The notes beneath the pieces are model-generated. The model saw only the letters and a program-made list of their open reading frames with translations. It searched no databases and was not told the DNA's origin. A DNA stretch of 11,996 nt from Paramicrosporidium saccamoebae KSL3 (Eukaryota > Fungi > Cryptomycota), in NCBI GenBank assembly GCA_002794465.1, contig MTSL01000157.1, positions 30,321 to 42,316 on the forward strand, read 5' to 3'. Each line of letters starts with the position of its first letter. The stretch's first letter is position 1. A program made the translations under genes and the position numbers. This document shows, one piece after another, positions 1 through 7,800 of this stretch.

Positions 1-10
1 TGAGAAATTC

Positions 11-60
11 CCTTCTCGTCCCTTCTCGTCCCTTCTCGTCCCTTCTCGTCCTATCTCGTC
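11..60. repeat. 10-bp tandem repeat (CCTTCTCGTC)x4 plus one degenerate copy
   Basis: Perfect CCTTCTCGTC at 11, 21, 31 and 41; CTATCTCGTC at 51. Confidence 0.95.
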
Positions 61-138
61 TCTTTCCGCCTGACAAAGTCCGTGGTATTATCCCCACTAC
101 GCGACAACATGAATACTGAATACCCTCATATTTGCCCG

Positions 139-184
139 CCAATGATTGGTGGACAGTAATTGGACTGGCAGTTTTGATTGGACT
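139..184. promoter_or_regulatory. Cluster of four CCAAT/ATTGG boxes upstream of the kinase gene
   Basis: CCAAT 139-143; ATTGG 145-149; ATTGGACT at 159-166 and 177-184. All lie 65-110 bp upstream of ATG 250. Confidence 0.4.
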
Positions 185-249
185 AGTCAAGCTCCGGTTG
201 TAAGAAAGGTCGTCCGAATACGGAGACGACCGTTCAGGACGGATAGAGA

Positions 250-3200
250 ATGGGTAACGCACAGACACGTCCATCTGCCAATACGGCGATAGACTATGAA
301 GAAGACCGAACAAAGAGTAATTAATCACTTATTACTGATTGGTAGTCGAGATCACCAACTTTTACGTTACAGAGGTGCCATTGCACGATGAGCCGCCCAA
401 CAGCTCGCAATCATCCTCGGGCGAGACGGGCCCGAGATTGCGCATGTTTAGCACCTTTCAGAGCGCCTCCCGTCCCAACATGTCCGCCGAAGGAGCACAC
501 AGCAGAGTGAAGCTGTCGGATTTGCTGGCCAGCGGAGTGCAGGTGCCGATGGAGCCGGGGGAATTCCAGTCCGAGTCATACTTTTTGAAACGACTTTCAC
601 ATTACGAATTCAAGGTGAAGGAGAATCTGACCAACATCCGAATACTCTTTTGCAAGAACCTTGAAGAGGGAGTGTATGGGGAGCAGTTGCTCGGACAACC
701 GCTATCGAATAACATTCTGATGAAGCCCAGTGCTCGGACATCGATTGTGGGGGATCGTCCTCCCAGTGACAGACTCTATGAACACGAGTTGGACATTTAC
801 ATCCCAGAGGATCAGAGCCGCTCCCGACGACTGTTTGTATTTATTGTGGCGGGTGACGATTCTCGATTGTTGGTCAAGGCACGCGCAGTGGTCATGACTC
901 CGACTGACAAGGCGCGTGTAGAATACATTGGCCAACATATGACGGAGCGTGACGAAAAGATGCACGCCATTCTTAAAAATGTCGCCTCGGAAGACAGCGT
1001 GATGACTGTCTTTAATGCAGAGGACCTCATTGAGGTGTTTTCCAAGACCAAAGCGGTGCCCAAACCGCCTTTTAAATATCTATTGGGCGCAAAGGACACG
1101 CTATTGGCCTATCGGATGTTCACTCCAGCCAATCGCGATTCCATCGTGGCGAATCTCATCTTTGTAGCCACCGATGTAACCTTTTTAGAGTATCTGGCGA
1201 GCTCCATTGCAACGGCGCACCCCATCAGGGTGATTTTGGTTGATCTGCGTGGATTTGGATATTCTGGAGGAAAACGTGGCCACACCCCGTCCATCAATCA
1301 GGTATACCGCGACATTAAGCAGATTATCAAGCACGTGCGGGGATTGTCGACAAAACCCATTGTGTTGGGCGGATATATGTTTGGTGGGGGGATGGTGATG
1401 AACTATTCCAGATTCAAAGATCGGATACCGGTGGATGCGTACATGCTATTGTCGCCTCTCCTTGGACGAGGATGGATTGGCTACTGGAAGGAGCAGCTAG
1501 CATCACTGGAGCAGGACAAGGTTATCAGCAGTCGTCTGGGCCATTTAAAATTGGCTAAGCTAACAGGTGGAAGGATTAGCGGTGGAAAGTACGTTTTTAA
1601 AACCAAAGTAGATGAGAACACGTACGACTTTAGTCCTCGCCATGTCAACAAGATGACGGCAAATTATGTCCTCTCCTTCCAAGTACCAAAAGACACCAAA
1701 GTATTTACTCAATTGGATGCGCCGATGGGAGTGTTTATGGCCGAGCGAGACGAGTTTATGGATACGGCCAAGGTGAGAAACGTCATCCAGCCGGGTTTGA
1801 CGGACCGGGACAGTAAATTTATCACCATTGAGGGGAAGACGGGTCTGCAGGTGTTACTGACGGCAACCAATGACATTGCTGAATGGATAACCAATTTGGA
1901 GGTGGTAAAGCCATGGAAGATTCGGGCCAAGGCGCCTCACAAGAGCCTCATTGATAAGAATGATATGGAGCTTATCAGTGATGTGGTGCCCAAGCCGATT
2001 TGGGACTCTATCACCAAGGGCATTGAGAAAAAGGTCTATGATCGCCAGCCGAGGCACACTGACTGTGATTCGTGTGCCATCTCTTACGATGTCTTTGAGC
2101 CAACATATCTTCCCGGTCGACCTATTGGAGTTCTCCTCTTTGTCGCTCCACGTTGTCAGGCGCACATCCTCCCCACACTGGCCGAGGTACATCGGGTCAT
2201 GGTCTTTCGTGTGGATCCATGGGAGCCGATGGGAAATAAGGCTAATGTCTCTCCAAAGGCCATTTGGCGATTCATGAGGAGTTCCATCCGATTGATAAAG
2301 TCAAATTTCCCGGGTTCGCCGTTCTACATTGGTGGAATTGGGTATGGTGCCTCAATAGTGCTGGGATATTCAAGACGAGAAGATCATCACCATGTGACGG
2401 GATACGTGTTGATTGATCCGCTGGCTGATCTGAAGAGTACCGCTAATAAGCAGTTTGCAAGAGAAAAGACTGACAAGACTGACAAGGCTGAAAGGACTGA
2501 TATTTCCACGCTGATCTATGGATTAGCAGGCCAGGAGGTGACTGACAAGAAACAGTTGACTATTCTCGATCGGACTGGTTATATTCCTCGGAGACTGCCC
2601 AATGCGGCAATGTTGGCCCTCAACAAGGATATTGTTGATGAGATTCGGTCGTTAGATGCTCCGGCCTTGGTGTTGCTTAGTCGAAACCATTCAATGATGG
2701 ACACTGTCAAGTTGCAGGCCTCACTAGCCGAGTTCCTCAAGCCTCCCTTTAAAGGGGTTGAAGTGAAGAACGGTGATCTCTACGGAGGGCTCGGCGAAAT
2801 GGCCACAAGCATCGGTCGCTGGGTTAATCAGCTGAGTACCTCAGTAGCGCCGCGGGTTCCCCTTCGTCTTTCTCGCCTCTCCATGGCCGACTTTGAGCCA
2901 ATTGAAATGATTGGAAAGGGTACCTTTGGGCGCGTTTGGCTTGTACGTCATATTGGCACCAGCCGCTTTTTGGCCCTGAAGGTGTTGGAGAAGGAGACTA
3001 TTATTAACAGCAAACAGACCCAACAGGTGGTCCGAGAGAAAGAGGTGCTCTCTGAATGCAACGATTGTCCTTTCATTGTCAGTTTTGTAGGCAGTTTTCA
3101 GGATCGCAAGCGACTGTATATTGTGATGGAGTTTGTGATCGGGGGAGAGCTCTTTACCCGACTGAACAGCATCAAAAAAATGTCAGTGGACGATGCGCGT

Positions 3201-3839
3201 TTCTACATGGCCGAGGTTGTGTCAGCCATCTCTTTTCTGCATCGCAAGGACATTATCTATCGCGACTTGAAGCCGGAAAACATTGTGTTGGACGCCCTTG
3301 GTCATGTGCGTTTGGTGGACTTTGGATTCGCCCGACATCTCAGCCGCGGTCGATGCACCAGTTTCTGCGGCTCACCCTTTTACATTGCCCCTGAAATGTT
3401 GTCCAATTCGAGTTATGGCATTTCGGTGGACATTTGGGCACTGGGAGTGTTGCTCTTTGAGCTTTTGATAGGGAATCCACCCTTTTCAGGCAGCACGGCC
3501 AACGAAGTTTATCGACGGATCTTATTCTCCAATGTCGAAGTCCCAACTAGCCTGGACTCGGACTCTCGTGATCTTCTCTATGCACTTCTTGATCCATCGC
3601 CCGATAGTCGCATCGGAAGTAAGAATGGACTTGATGATGTGATGAAGCACAGATGGTTTAAGGGGATTGATTGGGACAGAGTACGTGCCAAGGAAACACA
3701 AGCGCCTTATCAACCACACTTTACCTTTGAAGGAGACACGGGCAATTTTATGAAGGTTGGCGGGGCCACTTTTGACGATTTTGAAGAAGAGGCCTACGAT
3801 GGACGGAATGATGGGCTCTTTGCCGGATTCGCCACTTGA
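250..3839 (+). CDS. N-myristoylated AGC (PKA-catalytic-like) Ser/Thr kinase fused to two degenerate alpha/beta-hydrolase domains; exons 250-316 and 346-3839; ~1186 aa
   Basis: The ORF track start at 339 is a TTG right after a stop. Removing GT-AG intron 317-345 joins MGNAQTRPSANTAIDYEEDRTK in frame to IEITNF. Kinase region 2892-3659 has GKGTFG, LALK, YRDLKPEN, DFG, APE and the C-tail FDDFEEE...FAGF. Hydrolase-like regions are ~1101-1890 (DLRGFGYSGGKRG) and ~2079-2835. Confidence 0.88.
317..345 (+). other. 29-nt spliceosomal intron
   Basis: GTAATT...TACTGAT...GGTAG. Phase 1; contains the in-frame TGA at 336; removal restores the frame from ATG 250. Confidence 0.85.
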
Positions 3840-3889
3840 ATGTGATTAGCATGATTGGTGTGATGGTATATCTACAGACTAGAGACTCT

Positions 3890-3895
3890 AATAAA
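3890..3895 (+). terminator. Candidate polyadenylation signal AATAAA for the kinase gene
   Basis: AATAAA about 50 nt after stop 3839. Confidence 0.35.
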
Positions 3896-4037
3896 GAATC
3901 TGGATTATTTGGCGCTTTTATAGGCTGCCATCTGGGTCGGATCTATCAAGCATGGGTGGATACTGTTTGACAGGGTCGTTGTGCTAACTAAAACCCACAC
4001 AGGGATTGCTGTATAAATAAAGGCAAAACAAATTTGA

Positions 4038-4624
4038 TTAGAAGGTTATACTCATGTTTCTTATGGAATCGGATCGTACCATGGCAGAGGAGAATTCGTC
4101 AAAATCTATTAGGCTGTCGCGGTTCAAATCGGCATCTCTGAATGTCTGTTCCACAATTGCCACCAGTTCGTCCTCTTCCAGGTTGTGTCCGGCCATCAGC
4201 CTGAGCACTTCCAGGAGCTCTTCCTTGGTAATGAATCCATTGCCCGACAGATTGTACACTCGAAATGCGACTAAAATCAGTGACACGACTCGCTGTACAT
4301 TGCAGCTTTTCCAGGTTGTTGGCCTTGCTGTGGAACACGGACATTAGCTGGGCAAACGTGGTAAAGTCGACTTCTTCCTCGTCAAAATTCAACAGCTCTA
4401 TTATCCGCGGTGTCAGCGGGTTCATGGCAAATTCTGGAATGCCAAGTATCTCTTCTACGCTGAGAGTGCCGCTGCGGTCGCGGTCAAGCCTCTCGAAGCG
4501 TCTATACAGTTCCTCAAGCTCTGCCAACGAAACTACAATTGAGATTGACACGGGACATACAATAAGTGCATTGCTGCAGCTGGGCAATGTCCTCGGAGGC
4601 CAACGATGAACTTGCTGTTCCCAT
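4038..4624 (-). CDS. Calcineurin B-like / CHP-like myristoylated EF-hand Ca2+-binding protein; exons 4624-4561, 4532-4299, 4270-4038; 176 aa
   Basis: Spliced product: MGTASSSLASEDIAQLQQCTYFSLAELEELYRRFERLDRDRSGTLSVEE...IPEFAMNPLTPRII...KLQFAFRVYNLSGNGFITKEELLEVLRLMAG...DADLNRDSLIDFDEF...MSITF. EF-hand loops and the NPL and KLxFAF motifs match the CNB/CHP family. Confidence 0.92.
4271..4298 (-). other. 28-nt intron
   Basis: GTACAG...CACTGATTTTAG. Removal gives the conserved KLQFAFRVY. Confidence 0.92.
4533..4560 (-). other. 28-nt intron
   Basis: GTATGT...TTGTAG. Removal joins the MGTASS exon to FSLAEL in frame. Confidence 0.9.
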
Positions 4625-4976
4625 GTAAGCCAACAATATCAGAAATATCCGAAATGTTATAAATGCTTTGTTATTGACCGCCAATCACGATTGTTTCATG
4701 GTATAATACTCTTGAATTGCCGATCCGCCACTATTGCTACTGCAGCCGCCTCGATACTAAGTGACAATTGTATCCCACAAGGAAAATAAATATTGCAGAT
4801 ATAAAACAGACGGGCCGCGCCGGGGGTTTAGATTCTATCGCCAAAGACTGAATTACGGCCACTGCATCTATCCACTGCAGTGTTCTTGTCTCCTTTGGCA
4901 GAATAAAAACTCTCTGGGCGCCCTTTGTGAACTTGTGAGCATTGGGAATCAGGCTGTTTACATATAAAGCTACAGC

Positions 4977-5451
4977 ATGCTAAAAAAGTCAATTATGTGC
5001 ATTTGTGAGGCCAGAAAGGTCAAGCTTTTGTGGCTCGCCGGAACAGATGCGGTGGTGCATTCAGAGTATATGGATCTTTTACAGACGGAGTGGGACAATG
5101 TCCTGTTGTGGACAAGGTGCTCAGAGGCTTGCGTGCTACTAAGACTCACTGACGGCCCAGCTATAGTCTGTCTGCTGGCAAGGCTCCTGTCAAATCATCA
5201 TGCGCCCGAGTCGGTAATGTCGTGGGTTCTTGCAAAAAGCCCACAACCACCCCTAGAGCAGGTTTGAATTTATATACAAGGCTCTAACCGAGTAGGCTGC
5301 AACTCTGCTGCATGGCCTGAACTTGGAGGCCCAAAAAGTCAACGAGTTGGAAGAGACATTTTTGGATCAATATCCGTCATTCAAGGCCCCCTTTAGTGCC
5401 GCCCAAAAGGCGACTACTGAGCTTGTCAATCTGCACAAGCCGTTTAGATGA
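4977..5451 (+). CDS. Probable small hypothetical protein; exons 4977-5261 and 5296-5451 (~146 aa); 5' end uncertain
   Basis: The 96-aa ORF ends inside an intron-like segment (GTTTGA...CTAAC...TAG). Splicing continues in frame for 51 aa (AATLLHGLNLEAQKVNELEETFLDQYPSFKAPFSAAQKATTELVNLHKPFR*). No recognisable family. Confidence 0.55.
5262..5295 (+). other. 34-nt intron
   Basis: GT donor at a codon boundary, canonical CTAAC branch point at 5284-5288, TAG acceptor. Confidence 0.65.
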
Positions 5452-5572
5452 TGATTTATTCACAATTCCAGCTGTTTCATAATATTAAAGACTTGTTCAT
5501 CTGCACAGACTGTTTAGATGATAATTTATTCATAATTCCAGCTGTTGCATAATATTAGAGACTTGTTCATCT
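5431..5572. repeat. 70-bp tandem duplication (two copies, 63/70 identical)
   Basis: 5431-5500 versus 5501-5570 differ at 7 positions by my count. Imperfect CTTGT(C/T)(A/C)ATCT microhomology at 5422, 5492 and 5562. Confidence 0.95.
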
Positions 5573-7752
5573 TTACCCGACGGTTCACACTCATCCTGGG
5601 CTGCGCTGCAGTTGGGGTCATTTTCCTCAACCTCACTGTCAGTCTCTATGGGTATATGGTGATCCATGGAGCGGGGAGTGTCGAAATCAACAACTTGGCG
5701 CAGTCGGGAGACTGGCGTAGAAGGCATTGTCTTGGGCCGGAGGGAAATTCCCAATTCTGCGTCAAGGATGATCTCATCATCATGAAACACTCTAGGCGAG
5801 GGAATGATTTCGCCCTCTTCAGTGACATTTGAATCGGGCGAAGGAAAGAGGAACTCTTCTCCAGTGACATTTGAATTGGGCGAGGGAAAGAGTCCCACCC
5901 CTCCAGTGGCATTTGCATTGGGCGAGGGAAACAGCCCCGTCCCTCCAGCGGCATTGGAAGAGGGATGGAATCCCTCCCCTCCAGCGGCATTGGAAGAGGG
6001 ATGGAATCCCTCCCCTCTAGTGACACCCTTCATCGGGCTACCCAACAATAACTCATGGTCGGGATGTAGCTTTCTGGGACTCTGCAGGGTCACAATCGTA
6101 TTGACTTGGACATCATCTTCAAGTATGCGCTCTTCAAGCATGCGTTCCTCAATGATGCGCTCTTCGATGGCCTTGGTCACATTTGGATACTGGCTCTTTC
6201 CTTTGCAGCTTGTCAGGACCTGAATGCGTTTTCCGGGTGCAGACCATTCAATAATATCGTCCACCAGTCTATGGGCATCTTCAATCAGAGATGGTTTGGC
6301 CTTGAATTGTATATTGGTAGCAACGTAGAATAGCCGATGGATAATCTTTTCAGTCTTTAGGGCCACCTCTGGAACCTTTTCGGCAGGGATCAGCTTTAGC
6401 AATTTCTTTCCAAATTCGACGACCATAAAGACAACTTTGTAGTGGACGTCGCCAAGCCCACCAAAGAATATCTCAAAGAGTCGCCCGGTTGTCGGCCGAT
6501 GTGACAGCATAAACTCGACAATATCGGGTCGTTCCATAATTTCTAAGAAATCTACAAGGGACTTGTAGCGCACATTCCACTCTACACGCTTCACCCCCTC
6601 GAAAAAGTCATAAAGTAGCGACTTTGGAGTAGGGGGTAAAATGTGACTGTCCATGGAGACGGTTCGCTTTGGTGACGTGATTGCTGATGAGGACCCAGAC
6701 CGAGGAAGCATCACCTTGGCAAGACTGGGAAGCTGATGGGCAGAGGCTGATGAGACAATTCGGTGGGGCTTGTGCACATTATCCAAAGTAGGAGGAGCGG
6801 ACAGGGTTGATTTTATGGCTCTAGTGGGTAATTTGGTACTTTCCACGCGAACAGACTTTTTCAGACTGCTCGGCTCTGAGGGATACGGATGGAACGGGGC
6901 TACTTTTGCTGCAACGCGTTGAGGCCCATGAGGCTTTACTGGATCAGCACTCGCCTCCTTCTTGGTGGAGATGAATGCACGGAACGATAGGGTTGGCTTG
7001 GATGCATTGGATTGTCCAGCATCCAGGCTTTTGCTAATTGTAGAGGGCAGATTCGACATGATCCTAGTCAGTTAATAATAAAAGTTGCGAGACTACTGAA
7101 GAGCATGGTTGGGGAAGACGAGCCTGAAATCGGCAAATACTGTGCGACTAGCAACCCTCACCGGCTCGGCAGCATCTTGCAGTCCATTTCTGATTACAAG
7201 TGAGATAATGTCGACATGCTCAATTGTCGCATCTTTTTTTGAGTGCTTCAGGACAGCTCCGATGGCCTCGATGATGCAGTGGCGGAGATTTTTGTTGGCA
7301 CTGCTCGCAGATTCGCCCAGACGGGGCACAACGTATTTCGTCGGACCTGGACATGCGCTTAGCACCTCCAACAGCAGGCATTTTGCTCGCTCAAATAGGA
7401 TTTTACTGGTGCGCTCACATAGCTTTAAGATTTGGCCCAGGAAGTACTCTTGCAAATGTTCATATTCTGTCCCAACCGATCGAACAACTGCAGCAATGGT
7501 AGCCATCGATGTCAATGCCAAGCGCGTCCGCTCGGTGGTCATCTAGGAATTTATGCATAAGAGACTCTTGGGTACGACATCCTGCAAAACTTGTCTAAAT
7601 CGTCTGATGGAGAGCATGGCATTGTCAACATTTGACTTTGGCAGTTCACTGATGTACTCTTTGAACAGCGTATCAATTTTCTCCCAATTGTGCTCCGTCT
7701 CCTTTCCATCATAAATGGTGAGAATCTTGGTGGCGATAGAGTTCAAGCTCAT
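5530..7752 (-). CDS. STU1: CLASP/STU1 microtubule-associated HEAT/TOG-like protein; exons 7752-7576, 7542-7097, 7063-5530; ~718 aa
   Basis: The N-terminal GKETEHNWEK...ERTRLA...LLKLC-type...GLQDAAEPVRVASR pattern matches CLASP_N. It is followed by an S/P/K-rich linker, a second HEAT region (WNVRYKSL...RLFEIFFGGLGDVHYKV) and a low-complexity tail. Two 33-nt introns join three track ORFs in frame. Confidence 0.85.
5794..6025 (-). repeat. In-frame coding minisatellite (42-nt and 36-nt units) in the CLASP tail
   Basis: 42-nt units at 5822, 5864 and 5906; a perfect 36-nt duplicate at 5941-5976 and 5977-6012. Encodes GEGFHPSSNAAG x2 and G(T/V)GLFPSPN-type repeats. Confidence 0.93.
7064..7096 (-). 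other. 33-nt intron
   Basis: GTAGTC...TAACTGACTAG. Phase 2; gives NHALQIMSNLP. Confidence 0.85.
7543..7575 (-). other. 33-nt intron
   Basis: GTACCC...TTCCTAG. Phase 0; gives VLQDVMTTERT. Confidence 0.8.
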
Positions 7753-7800
7753 GCAATGCGCGCCAATGGGAAAAGGCAAATTCACTTTGGCTTTAACTCG

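Noticed and set aside
11-60. Telomere interpretation of the 10-bp repeat
   Set aside because: Only five copies, it is flanked by unique sequence, and it does not resemble TTAGGG-type units.
339-341. ORF-track start of the kinase
   Set aside because: It is a TTG inside the predicted intron; ATG 250 gives a better model.
2466-2501. 9-nt repeat encoding KTDKTDKAERTD
   Set aside because: Real but trivial slippage in a probable loop.
702-3719. Many 60-112-aa alternative-frame ORFs inside the kinase gene
   Set aside because: They have no motifs and are the number expected by chance.
4054-4609. + strand ORFs 4054-4347 and 4265-4609
   Set aside because: Antisense shadows of the EF-hand gene.
5794-6025. 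CRISPR-like appearance of 36-42-nt repeats
   Set aside because: The units are contiguous with no unique spacers, lie in frame inside a eukaryotic CDS, and there are no cas genes.
5545-6333. Overlapping ORFs 5545-5832, 5646-6026, 5804-6223 and 6106-6333
   Set aside because: Shadow frames kept open by in-frame repeats in the CLASP gene.
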